A stretch of DNA of 64,000 bases, from NCBI GenBank assembly GCA_904063045.1, contig CAJFCJ010000016.1, forward strand, positions 496,001 through 560,000, written 5' to 3'. Within the stretch, counting starts at the first letter, position 1. Every line of letters starts with the position of its first letter. Position numbers and translations under genes: made by a program. This DNA comes from Dimorphilus gyrociliatus. Taxonomy: Eukaryota; Animalia; Annelida. Of this stretch, positions 1-14,590 are shown in pieces. The notes under the pieces were generated by a model. It made no database searches. It was not told where the DNA came from and worked only from the letters and a program-made list of their open reading frames with translations.

Positions 1-151
1 TGACTGAACATTGCGTCCGATCAGGATGGTTGGAAAGGAGGAAAGGTAATATTTAACTACTTATAATGTTGCACTTGACTTTAATCTGTTATCTTATAGT
101 ATATTTCTTATATTTATTATCTTCTCTATCCTTTTCCTGTTCTATCAGTTC

Positions 152-194
<43 letters not shown>

Positions 195-1728
195 CCAACA
201 GTTTACTAGGAAGGATAATATGAATAACTGATCTACGTTGAAAAAAATTAATAATAAACCATAGTCGTGATATACTGTATTAATAAAAAAAAATGAAAGA
301 AAAAAAAAAGCCAGTTGAATAAATACAGAACGATTGCCTTTATCTCTGTTGCTGTTTTATCAGATAAAGATAAAAAAAAGAGACAGCTTTCAAGACTATA
401 TCGTTTCCTATTAATATATAGATATATATAAAATAAATAAAGGGATAAGAAGGTTTTGAGTAAACGTTTTATCTACCTATCTATCTGGTTTCTCTCCATC
501 TTTTATATACCTCTATATTATCCTCTCTCTGTCTTTCTTTCTATCTCTCTCTCTCTCTCATTATCTCTCTCTCTCTCTCTCTAATATGCTTTTTTTTGTT
601 TTATACTTGTCTATCTTTTCTGTTAGTTGTATATTTTTATTATTATTACGCCTGTTTTTCAATAGTATGAATCAATAATATATTAAAATTTATTAAATAG
701 GCTCAAAGAAAGGTTCAGTCAAGTCGTATTTTGTTCTAACGTCGGATGGTTCACTTCTGGAACGTAAGAATTCTACAGCAAACAATATTGAAAATTTCTC
801 TATAAAAAACGGTGATTTTCAAGCTTTTGAGAAAAATCAAATACTCATCAGTCCGGAGGACATAAAACTAATTTTTGACGATGAACGGGATAGGGACGAT
901 TGGATGAGAGATATGAAAAGAATTGCTTATCCGGATTGCGGAGCTGGTATGTTTGGAGCCACTCTTAAGGACGCCTATCTATTCGAGCGGGAGAGGAATG
1001 AAACCGTTCCATTCATTGTGAGGAAATGTATTAAAAAGATAAAGGAGTTTGGATTACAATCGCAAGGCTTATTTAGAAAATCTGGAAAGATGACTATGGT
1101 TGAGAAATTGAAGGAATCGTTCGACAGAGGAGAGAGAGATGCCTTAGAAAGAGGAGATTTTACAGACGTTCATTCAGTTTGTTCTCTATTAAAGAGATAT
1201 TTGAGAGACCTACCCGAACCTTTAATACCTTTTAACTGCTATGAAAAAGTAATGCAAATTATGCAAAGAACGTTACACGAAAACGAGACAATAGCCTTTA
1301 TTAAACTCCAAAATACTCTGTACAGGATCCCTTTGTGCAACTTTTATATCTTGTCTTATCTAAGCCTCTTTCTGAATGAAGTTAGCGTAATCGATGGAAA
1401 TCTCATGAATGATGAGAATTTATCTCTAATTTTTGATTCATATTTCATAAGACCGGAAATCGATGACGCTGACTTGTTAGCTTGTACGCAACCCAATCGC
1501 CAGAAGGCGACTGCCTATATTATAAAAAAGGCTAGGAAGCTTTTTCCCGAGGAGAAGAGGGAAGAAGATATTGACAAATTACTGGACGAGAATTGTAGTG
1601 TACAAGATCTAAAAGATGTTATTAGACAGCAAAGGTTACAATTGACGAAGATGGTTGAAGAGAAAGAGAGTGCTTTAACCAAGGTTGTCCAACTTCAGAC
1701 AAAACTTGCTGAACTAATGATAAATTAA
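1..1728 (+). CDS. PH + RhoGAP + C-terminal coiled-coil protein (ARHGAP22/24/25-like); 5' end cut by the window edge
   Basis: Exon 1-45 (TEHCVRSGWLERRK) splices through GT..AG intron 46-700 into exon 701-1728 in frame. PH-like start (GWL..YFVL..W), RhoGAP motifs VPFIVRKCI, GLFRKSG (arginine finger) and DVHSVCSLLKRYLRDLPEPLIP, and a heptad-rich tail. Confidence 0.85.
155..192. repeat. (CT)n microsatellite in RhoGAP intron
   Basis: About 19 CT units read directly. Similar CT/GA tracts lie near 545-582, 6630-6665, 11101-11120, 15251-15269, 49640-49667, 62447-62470 and 63119-63141. Confidence 0.9.
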
Positions 1729-2385
1729 TGTATCATATAAATAATTACGTTTAACATTTAAAGGTTATTGTTAAGTCAACTCCTTGTTCAAGTTCTAATA
1801 CTATTTTAACAGAAAACTAGATTTAATATATGTTTTTTTTTACCGTTAAAAGTCCTTGACAATCAAGTAATGGCCAATAAACAGTATTGTATTGGATATA
1901 TTCAGATATTCATATTCTCCTACTACAAGGTTTTGGTTTCTCCAGAGTTTTAGAACTGTCAAACATTTAACTTTTCTCATAAAAAAAAGTAAACACAGCC
2001 TCTAGGAAAACGAGTCGACAACGGAATAAAATTGCAGTGAGCAATCACATTAACAGTATATATAAACATTTATGAAAGATTTTATACTGATAGATTTATA
2101 TATATATATGTATATATATATATATAAACATATAAATATAAACATGTACATTTATGAATATATTTATGAATTATATACATATTTTTTTTACATTTTTTGA
2201 ACATTTTGTATATAATTATTAATTATCTTTGTACGTTAGCTATACGATATACACGCAAAACTAGTTAGAAAATGGAAATATTCTTCTTCATCTTTTTTTT
2301 TAATCCATCTTCTAAAAAACATTTAGGAAAGTTTTGAGGAGACTGAAGATCCACTCCGGAAAAATAGAATAGACTAGACACTTTC

Positions 2386-4580
<2,195 letters not shown>

Positions 4581-4909
4581 AACTGATTTTTCTTAAGCTC
4601 TCTTTTTTAGATTCCGTCAAGCATTTTATTTAAAACGCTTGCATAGACGACAACTTTATGTTCGATAATAGTTTTCTTTGAACTTATAACAATGCTTAAG
4701 CGGGTAGTAATTAAACGAATTTCTAGTGCTTATTTGCAATCCTTTCCTGGACTTCCGGTAGATGAAATCGTTATTTTCGTACGAAAAATTCCGATCAACA
4801 ACTTTTTTCCTGAAAGATCTATTTTTTATTTAATGATTAAATTTTTAGATGAATGTAATTCGAGGAAATTATCTTCGAATCTTTTATTTTTCAAGGTTAA
4901 GGTTAAAAG

Positions 4910-5549
4910 ATGAACGTGTCTAAGTTGTGTAAAAGTTCAACAAACCTATTCCTTATTAGCATTCGCACAGCAAAATCGATGGCCGGTAAGCAATAAAACA
5001 AATTACTTTACCCTTTTTCCAACGTTTTTTTTCAAAGGTAAAGGCCTGGCTGGAGCGGGAATGCCAAAAAAGGAACGAATGGTCGTGGAAGAGGACGCGG
5101 TAAAATTTCTATTCTCTTTTCTGCCTTTTCGTTCATTCTTTTGTTTCAAAAGCAGTACAATTTAACACTATGTTATAATTTATGCAAAATTTAATTTGTA
5201 ATATTACTAGTTAAAGTGGAATTTTAATAAGGAAAATAAGAAACTACTTTTCTTAATTTTTTGAAGATAATTAATTTACACATTAATAATTAATATCTTT
5301 ATCATATAGGCGAAATTAACAAGTCAATTATGCGGTGGAAACATATATATAGAAGGTGAAGATCCAAAATTAAAGGACGATAGCGAATATCCCGAGTGGC
5401 TATGGAAGATGAGATTGGACCGAGGAGCTACTCCACCAGAAGAACTTGACCCTAATGACTCTTATTATTGGAAAATAATTAGAAGACAAAATCTACAACG
5501 ATCAAGACTTATTGCTAAACAAAAATATAAATTTAAAGATTTTGATTAA
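4910..5549 (+). CDS. MRPL54: Mitochondrial ribosomal protein L54 (mL54), 3 exons
   Basis: MNVSKLCKSSTNLFLISIRTAKSMA / GKGLAGAGMPKKERMVVEEDA / AKLTSQLCGGNIYIEGEDPKLKDDSEYPEWLW..ELDPNDSYYWKIIRRQN. The motif G.NIY..GEDP.LK.DSEYP.WLW is characteristic of mL54. Confidence 0.85.
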
Positions 5550-6086
5550 ACAATGTAAAATGTTAAGTATTACATAATATTTTATAAGATAAAAGGTGTA
5601 GTTTGTCAGGCAAATTGCTTTAATGAAGAAGAGAAGGAGTAGAAGTGTGAAGAGTTCGTAGGAAAAAAAATTAAGTAAAAATTTGCATAAAGTGGATAAT
5701 TGTCTACTTATGATTTGTGAAGTAGAAAAAGCGTCTAAATTAATTTCTTATTCTAAACATGAAAGAGAAAGACGCCAATAGCTATATCTGATTAGTTATG
5801 GTTCTTTCAGCTCGGTTACAGAATTTAGTAGATTGACGAGTAGAAGGTGAAGGAATAATACTATATATTCTCCTATTCTACTTGTTTGTTAGGATTTTAG
5901 AGAACAGCCTCAGAATACAAAGTATTTTTAGAAGCCAAAGCCGAACACCCAACTTTCATGAGGGCTGTTGACTGTACCCGAGAAGGTTTCCTACAAAAGG
6001 CTCTCATTCTTGATGTTTTACAAATCAAACAGTTTACTGTTGCAGTTTTGTTATCGACTTTTTCTTTTTTTTCATCAACCAATTGT

Positions 6087-6341
6087 TCAAAGGAATACAA
6101 TTTTGTCGATGAGTTCCCAATATCTTAAATAGATAGGCGGCGCTTCTATTAGATGAAAAGAGCTATCATCTTGGAATGTAATTCGGGACAAAAAGTAAGT
6201 TTTGTTTTCGCTAAATGATTACAAACCAGATGCTCTCTGAATTTCTCTTTTCTCACATCTTGGGAATTTTAATGACTTAAAGCTTTCCTCTAAGGAGTTG
6301 TCGATTATAGAAAGATCTTGATCAATTTCCTGGATAAAAGA
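6087..6341 (-). CDS. Two candidate in-frame exons of an unidentified gene; 5' part not found
   Basis: Exon 6341-6227 (SFIQEIDQDLSIIDNSLEESFKSLKFPRCEKREIQRAS) and exon 6169-6087 (DDSSFHLIEAPPIYLRYWELIDKIVFL*) join with matching phase 1 across a GT..AG intron. No family recognised. Confidence 0.25.
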
Positions 6342-6683
6342 CTAAAAACCATAGAATATTCTTAATCTATAATTTTAGCCCATTGATAAAGTTAGTTGGA
6401 CTACAGTATTTATAAATAGACAGTGGAATAATCTATAAGAAAATTGCTATTCAATTCTTTATAAATAAGATAAATTATGTTTCTTTTTTTGTATTCATTT
6501 TCTTTGGCGTTTCAATTAAATGTTCAAAACTTAAATTAAATCGTGTCTTGAAAATTCAAACTTGGTTTTAATCATGAAATATTATAAAACTTATCAACTT
6601 TCTTCTTTCTTACTCTCTTTCTTTCTCCCTCTCTCTCTCTCCTTCTCTCTCTCTCTCTCTCTCTCTTTAGTTGTATGGTTGAC

Positions 6684-7675
6684 TTATGCTGGTGATAATT
6701 TCAAAGATGGAGCCACAATAGCGCAAATAGCTGACAAGGAGCTGATGACGCCTAAAAGTCCCGTAATACCCTTATTTGCGCATTTGCAATAGCCCAGAGC
6801 AGATAATGGAATTACAACGTCAGCCGAATTTTTTAAAAAGTCTACAGCAACTTCCGGATGTCTTTTTAAAGCTCTTTTGAATGTCGAAACACCAGAATTG
6901 GATGTATTAGGCGTCTTCTTTCGATGACGTTCATTAATATAAATGTTACATAATTCGTATAAATCTCTGACTAAATTAAATATTATTGATAGAAGCCAGA
7001 ATTTAAACGCCCTATGAGACCATTTTGTAGTGTCAGTCTTTATAAGACCCAATTTTGCAAACCAGGTTACGTGATCGGCCAACATGTACACAGCTAAAGA
7101 AATTTTGCTCGCTGTAATGGTAATTTTATGAAGAGGGTCGGAGAGTTTTAATGATTTTTTGGTAGCCAGAAGAAAATCCAACGTTTTTCCGAGTCTAAGA
7201 GCTGAAAGGAACAGATAGAATATTCTATTATCACACTTAATCTTCCTTATTTATTACTAATTCTATATTTGAGCCTTGTCTTTACTTTTCTGTCTTTTTT
7301 TTGAGTTTTTTAACTACTAGTACTTAGTATCTTTTAATCAGTTCAACTTTCCGACCTTTAACAGAGTAACCTCGGGCAATTAGTCTCCTTACCTTTCCTT
7401 GTTGAGCTCATTGCCTGCTCTAAATTGGACATCTTGACAGCCATAGAATCTTGAGAATGATATGAACAGAATCTTGAAAAATATTGGATAAGTCTGTATA
7501 TGTATAAAAAAAATAGAACTATAGAAGAGAAGGAAAAACATAAAGAACACCTTTTTACAAATGTTTATATTAAAATTTCAAATATAGAAAAGTTAAAAGG
7601 CATCTTTAACCTAAATAATTTATCACGTCCATTTGTTTGGGAATTAAACTTTACTATTTCCACAAATAAGCTCAT
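6684..7675 (-). CDS. PEX11: Peroxisomal membrane protein PEX11 (alpha/beta-like), 3 exons
   Basis: Exon 1 MSLFVEIVKFNSQTNGRDKLFR, exon 2 LIQYFSRFC..KMSNLEQAMSSTRK, exon 3 ALRLGK..AVYMLADHVTWFAKLGL..VDFLKNSADVVIPLSALG..GLLGVISSL. These are PEX11 signature segments. Confidence 0.9.
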
Positions 7676-8220
7676 TTTTAAATATTTCTTTATAATAGAA
7701 TTTCTTGTAGAATCTAAACAGTTCAAAAAGCGGGTCCCCTTTTATTTTTTAATATTTTTTTTTTTAAATTGGCCTTGACCTTCCCAGTTTCACAACGCCA
7801 TCTATTATCTAGATTGTCAAGATAAATGGAATAAAACATTGCTAATTTCTATATAATAATATTATTATTTCTATAAAATAATAATAATTTACTTTTATTA
7901 CAAAAATTAATTAAAAAAAAAAGTATTAAAGAGAAAATAACAGAAAACAGCAATGTTAAGAGCTTTTCAATATGATTCAATATGAAGAGGCAAAATTTAG
8001 ATCACCAGTAATCATAAAGCTTAACAAATGGAATTTGACCGAAAATACAAGCAGCTGGTCTTTTAATAGACATCAACCAATATTACGGCCTTAATTTATC
8101 AATATAGAATGAGATATTCTCAATTAATCGAGCTGAACCTCTCTTGAAATAGATTTTTTAACAAGAATTAACAAAGGATTGATAATAGATTAGAAAAGTT
8201 TGATTTAAGGGAGTAGAAAC

Positions 8221-10280
8221 ATGGTAAAAACGATGTATAATATGTAAAATTTATATTACAGATGATAAATAGATTATGAACATTAATTAGCAAATAGAGA
8301 TTATTGAATAATTCGATTGTTTGTCTTTGAATTTTCAAATATAAATCGGTGTCTATATTATGAACTTTGATCTAGGTGGATTTAAAAAAGAATATTATAA
8401 ATCCTGATGGATCTTTATCGTGTCCATTCCCCAATTATGAACCGATGAATATTTCAATGGCCGAAGCCTTTATAGGAGCTTTGAGTGCCCATGATGGAAA
8501 TCTTAAAGCATTGGTATGTACATAATAATCTTATTTCTAGTTTAATCAAGAATAAATCATTCAGATTGATGCTGAAACCGAAAGAACTGTAACTTTTGGA
8601 GAATTAAACGTTCTATATAAGAAAATTAGTAGTTCATTAGTAAAGATGGGATGTTCTGAAAAGGAAATTATTTGCTTTTTTGCACCAAATTGCATTGAAT
8701 ACGTTCTTATGTTTGTTGCCTGTATAACGGCAGGACTTACAATTTCACCAGCAAATTTCGCATATACATCTTGTAAGTGAGAACCTTCTGCCTTGTTCAT
8801 TATTATTTCATTATACCATTTATATTTCGTTATTAATATTGAACACAGATGAACTTAAACATCAGTTGAAAGACTGTTCGGCATCCTATGTCTTTACTAC
8901 CTCTGAACTTTTACCGACAGTCAGATCTTCTTTAAATCCAAATATTAAACAAATCTTCATTTCTGATGACAAGAATATACCTGGTTGTACTAGCTTGCAT
9001 AAGATGTTTACTGACGACGGATCGGCTTTCAGGGGAAATAATTTGCATGTTAATCCAAATGAGGATATTGCTATAATTCCTTATAGTAGTGGAACAACTG
9101 GATTACCTAAAGGTGTTGAAATAACACACAAAAATATGACTTCTATCCTTCAAGCTCTCTCCCAACCCCAATATGCACCCGATTATGAACCAGAGAATGC
9201 TAATAAGTTAGCTTTTTTGCCATATTTCCACGCCTACGGACTACAAGGTACTCTTGTTGCCGGTCTCTTTCAAGGAGCTACCCAAATTATCTTTAAAAGA
9301 TTCATACCAGATTTGTTTTTAGACTGTATAGAAAAATACAGAGTTAGTTGATAAGATAAAAAAAATAATATATCGATGCACTAATCTCAATTTATTTCAG
9401 CCTCATACTTTATCCCTTGTTCCACCTATTGTGAACTTTTTAATATCCTACCCGAGAGCCAAAACCATTGATTTTTCCTCCGTAAAAACTGTTGGTTCTG
9501 GCGCGGCACCTCTAACTAAAGAGACGGAAAGAGAATTTTTAAATATTCTTAAACTTCCTAACCTAATTCAAGGTTATGGTTTGACTGAGACCACTGTTGC
9601 AGTATCTTATGCAACATTGAAATTTTATAAACGGGGAAGTTCAGGTCTTCTAATACCAAATACACATGTGAAGATTGTCAATCCGGAAAATCAGCGTGTA
9701 CAAGGTGTAAAAGAGGCAGGAGAAATATGGGTGAAGGGTCCACAAGTTATGAAGGGTTATCACAAAAAACCAGAGGCTACTAGGAATACTCTAACTAAGG
9801 ACGGATGGCTTAAAACTGGGGATATCGGTTATTTTGACGAAGAAGGATATATTTTTGTAATCGATAGGATAAAGGAATTGATTAAATATAAAGGATTTCA
9901 AATAGCACCAGCCGAACTCGAATCCGTAATATTAAATCATCCAAAAGTTCTTGATGTTGGTGTAATAGGCATTCCAGATGATAGAGCTGGAGAAGTACCA
10001 AAAGCCTACGTCGTCAAGAAAGATCCTAGTCTAAAGAGAGAAGAAATTAACGATTATGTGAAAGGTATACTATTCTAAAAGATATGAAAATGATAAAAAC
10101 GTATTATCGTTATTGTTTTATTGATATGTTTTCTTAGAAAGACTTACGTCGTACAAACAACTAAGAGGAGGAATTTCATTTGTCGACGAAATCCCAAAAT
10201 CACAAAGCGGTAAGATTCTTAGAAGAAAACTGAGGGAAAGAGCTATAAACGAAAGTAAATCTACCAAAAGTAAACTTTAA
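8221..10280 (+). CDS. 4-coumarate-CoA-ligase-like / firefly-luciferase-family acyl-CoA synthetase with C-terminal PTS1 (SKL)
   Basis: ANL motifs [50 protein letters not shown] and [11 protein letters not shown]. The last exon ends ESKSTKSKL* (stop 10278-10280). The start is tentative: ATG 8221 spliced to 8376 ([12 protein letters not shown]). Confidence 0.9.
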
Positions 10281-12507
10281 GCAGAAGGCAAAAGAAGGAA
10301 AGGGAAATAAAGAAATGAGAAAGATAATGTTACTGTACGTAAGAAATTAGTTTGCTGATTATTAATATTATTACCATTTCTATCATCATCTTTCAGACTT
10401 ACGGCAACATTTTTCTTCTCTTTTGACTAGTTTCAAACTATACTTGATTCTAAAAAGATAAAATTTGACATATTTTCCTATTAATTATAGGACAAATTCA
10501 ATAAATTCATGCACGAATTGATTAATTGAAATAATAAAAGATTGAAAATTATGTTAATTACTTTTTTATTGACCTAAATTTCAGACTAAAAAAAAGTGGG
10601 GCGTAACAGTCATTTTCGTTTCTCTTTAGCCTATCTTTTCCATCTTTCGGTGACCTTCTCCTCATACTTTCCCCAACAATTTCAATTCTTTTTAATTACA
10701 GGTTAATGCCAATAGTGGTATGCTATTAGTTTATAAACAACTATCATGATAGTTGTACATAATACGGACCAATGAAGAATCTAGTTCTCCCCTTACCTTC
10801 TTATTCACTTTCCTTCTCCAACATTTTCTATATTTACTAAATGAGCATATTTTATTTTTTTCATTAATAATATAATTATTATAATTATAGGCCTAATTCA
10901 GAGTTGAATTCCCCTAATTTTCCGAAAGTAAGCCGTATTATTAAGGAAATTGATGAAACTATTTAAATAAGAAGAAAATATCCACTACCGCTTTCCTTCT
11001 ACTCCCATTTCTACTCCCTCATATTTCTCCTATACTTTCTTTCTATTTAAGTTAGTTCAATTAAATGAAATGGATGAAAAAGGATAAATATAGTGGAGAG
11101 ACAGAGAGAGAGAGAGAGAGAAGGGGAGAAAAAAAGGGAGAAAAACTGGGTGGAAATTATGGGTGGTATAGATGAAAATTTAAATACTATATATTGATAA
11201 TTGATTATCTAGGAATGATTAATTGTTTCAATCTAAACCCAATAATCTATGTTGGTGGGGGGAAGCTGTTTGAAGAGCTAGTATAGAGTTTAATTTAATG
11301 GATGATACGGTTCCTCTATACCTCATAGTAGAGGTATTACAGGTTTACCCAAAGGATTTAAAATAACTCAATATAGCTATAGAATAAGAATAAGCCTACT
11401 CGTTGAAATAGCCTAAATTTCGTCCACACCAGATCGGGGAACATACCATTGCTACGAATAAAAATGAAGTAGTGTATATTTTATCTTCTATTCTGAAATG
11501 TGCGTATATCTATTTATAGTAAGTAATCTTTATCAAAGACGATAAAAGTCTTGAAAAGAGAGGCACGGGTTAATTATTATGTATTTTATAAAGGTCTATA
11601 CAGCTAGTCCACTCTTCCTTTCGTTAGCTATAAAAATATCTAAAAATAGATTCATCTCTTATTACTTTCCCTCCTCTAATGACCCTCGAGTATGGAAATA
11701 ACTGATTTATTTCAAACTAAAGTAATATTTTACCTTTTTTCCCTTTTCTTATACTTATAAAGGGTTGGAAATAGAAGGAACAAAATGGAAAGGAAAAATG
11801 GTTATTTAGGAAGGGAAGAGCAAAAATTCCTTTTTTATAAAGGAAAATACCATTAATAAACAATAAAATAGATTGACCCTTTTTAACGACTTTTTCTCTT
11901 CCTTATGAAGAGAAGATGGAGATGAATTCAGTTGTATTTGATGTCAAAGAGATTAAAAGAAAATTGATAAGCTCCATTGGTGGAAAAGAATTTTTTGAAA
12001 ATTGATAAACTTTTAAAGAGAGAGAGAGAGACAATTCTCACGATTGCTTAAATACAATAGATATAGATTAACATGATCAAGATTTTACTTTATCTCTATG
12101 ATAGATAGACTAAAAATTATTGATTGAAGAACAAAAAAAGTTCCGAAGAGCTTCTGTCGAAAAGGAATTTTTATTACCAAATCATCCGAGAGAAGAGGAC
12201 GCTGGCATGATTGGGGAAGAGGATAAAAGAGTGGCTGAAGTCCCAAGAGTCTACAATGTAAGAAAAGATAAGAGTATAACGGGAAGAGGAGTTATACGAC
12301 TGTGTTAAAGGTTTTGATCTTTTCTTTCTCTCTTTCTTTAAGAAATTTCATTAGGATTTTCCTTGGTTTTTCCTTTCAACAACAAAGATAACCTAATCTA
12401 TTACAAACAATTGAAAAAAAAGAGAGAATCATCTGTATTGACCTAATTCACGAAGCTATGACCAGAAAGATACGACAAAAAGATCATTGAAAAGAATTAA
12501 AGAAACT

Positions 12508-12533
12508 AGGTCAGAAAGGTCAAGAGTAGGTCA
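12508..12533 (+). promoter_or_regulatory. Three direct AGGTCA half-sites (DR3 + DR5), candidate nuclear-receptor element
   Basis: AGGTCA-gaa-AGGTCA-agagt-AGGTCA read directly. The first and third copies are preceded by T (TAGGTCA, ROR-type extension). Confidence 0.4.
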
Positions 12534-14427
12534 TTAAATACGGGTTAACTTAGTTAACTAAGGGGGTGGAAATATAAAAAGAAAGAAAATAAAAGAAGAT
12601 CTAAAGTTTCTTTGTAGTTAAATTAGAAAGTTTTTCGGGATTGGTTCAAAAGATTTAAACAGTAGAAAAAAAAGACCATAAAAAAAGACCTTAATTGTCT
12701 AATTACGTAAATAGGACGTTAAAACCTAAGAAAATAAAAAAACCTATTGTTTAATTGATAACCTGATATTTTAGAACCTTTTAATCAAATTGCCAATTTA
12801 TTTGTCTTGAAAATAAATCCTTAATCAAATTTCTTAATTAACCAAAACGGGGTATATGTGCATTAATGACGGACATATTATAATTTGCATAAATTATGGA
12901 GAATATATTGCGTAATATTTATTAATATTCATATGCTTTCTTGTTACTTATCCAACATTTTGCAACCGTGCACGAAGCCGTTATAGAGTCAGACAGCCTC
13001 TCTTCCCTTCATTAGTTTATTTTCTCTTTGTCTTTCTATCTCTCACTCGTTCTATTTCTTTATCCTCTTATTCGTCTCTCTATCCTTAACCCACTACTTT
13101 ATTTTCTCTGGACCAAGATATCCAGATAAAAAGCGAGCGCCATCTAGCCTCTAATTATCAAATATTGTTAGAAAGGTTGCGGATAGAACAATCGATTGCT
13201 CTTTTCTTTCTAACGAGTAACAGGGAAAGCGTTAAAATATTCAAGAAAAAGGTAGTAATGGGAAAATGGTATTTTCTGAGTATGGAAATATTGATCTTAT
13301 CATAATAAATTCATATCGATCTGTATTGAATTGTATAGTAAGAAGAGAATAGAGGGGGAGGAATAATTGTCATCGGGAGAGAGTGAGAGAGAGAAAAAAG
13401 GGCAATATTCCCTTGCAAACTTTTCAAATTAAATAATAGAATTTTTTTAAAAAGGAAATTTAGTGTATATCTCTATTTGTTGTATGTGTAGCCTACTTAA
13501 ATAGAATTGCTTCTGATGTTTGTCCAGTTTGGCTGAATTATTTTTATTTTAGGGTTATTATTTGGGCCTATGTATGTTACATTTTCTCATCAGCAGTCAA
13601 ACTATGATATGAACGTTTTCTTTTATTACTACTGACTTGTCAGTTAATAGTACATCTTTCTTTCTTTCTTTCTCTTTTTCTCTCTCTAGATGGTCTATAT
13701 ATATATATATATATATATATTTATGTATGCCTATATACGCTCTCTATGCTTCATCTATATGTTTTTGTTATTAGTCTTTTTATGAATAATACTATGAAAA
13801 ACAATGGTAAGAGTTTTTCTCTCCTTTTTTTATGTGTTGTTTTTATACTTTAGATAGGATAGACGACGCCTATTAATCATTTTTTTTATCCAAGTCAACC
13901 AACAGGTGTCTCTTTAATGAAAATTTTGTAGAGGTGATATAAACCTATTCCTATCCTCCTACCTCCCACACATAATCTTTCAACGCCTACCCTCTTCCCT
14001 ATTTTCTCTCTCTCTCTACCTCTCTCTCTCGATTGTAAATCGTGGGAGAGTAGCCAAATTTACTCTTCTAAAAAGTTTTATTGGACTACACGTGACTGCT
14101 CTTGTAAAAAATAAACAAAATAATCGATTATTAATGGGATTGAGTAAACTCAGTTGACCTCTTCTGGAATTTACATATACAACATGCAATTTTTTTTCAC
14201 CCATAGGCCTATGTACATTTCCTTTCAGTTACATCGAGTGAGGTTTTTTGATCAACAAAGAGTTATTGATTTCATATAATACTATATGGGACATTGTAAT
14301 TTGGAACACTTGTACGAAAAGCGTTGTGTGAACTTAATATTTCATATGGAGCGAATCAAAAAGCCATGTGGGGGAGAATATCAGGTGAATGAACGAAATA
14401 GAGAAATATTGGGGTGGTAAGAGGGAA

Positions 14428-14590
14428 CGAGAGAAAGAGAGAGCGAGAGAGAGAGAGAGAGAGAGAGAAAGTTTGAAAAGAAAGGGGGAGGAGAGATGAA
14501 AAGAGGGAGGAGTAAGAGAGAGAGAGAGAGAGAGAGAAGGAAAGAATGAATGAATAAAAAAAGAGAGCTAAAGCAAGAGAGAGAGAGAAA
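14428..14590. repeat. GA-rich compound microsatellite
   Basis: Interrupted (GA)n tracts. These explain the spurious low-complexity ORF 14356-14760. Confidence 0.85.

Noticed and set aside
5897-6100. 67-aa ORF with CxxC
   Set aside because: No complete zinc-finger pattern and a non-ATG start. It overlaps the candidate exon 6169-6087 in another frame.
8221-10280. Possible luciferase / bioluminescence gene
   Set aside because: The motifs and SKL are shared by ordinary peroxisomal 4CL-like acyl-CoA synthetases. Nothing in the sequence indicates luciferase activity.
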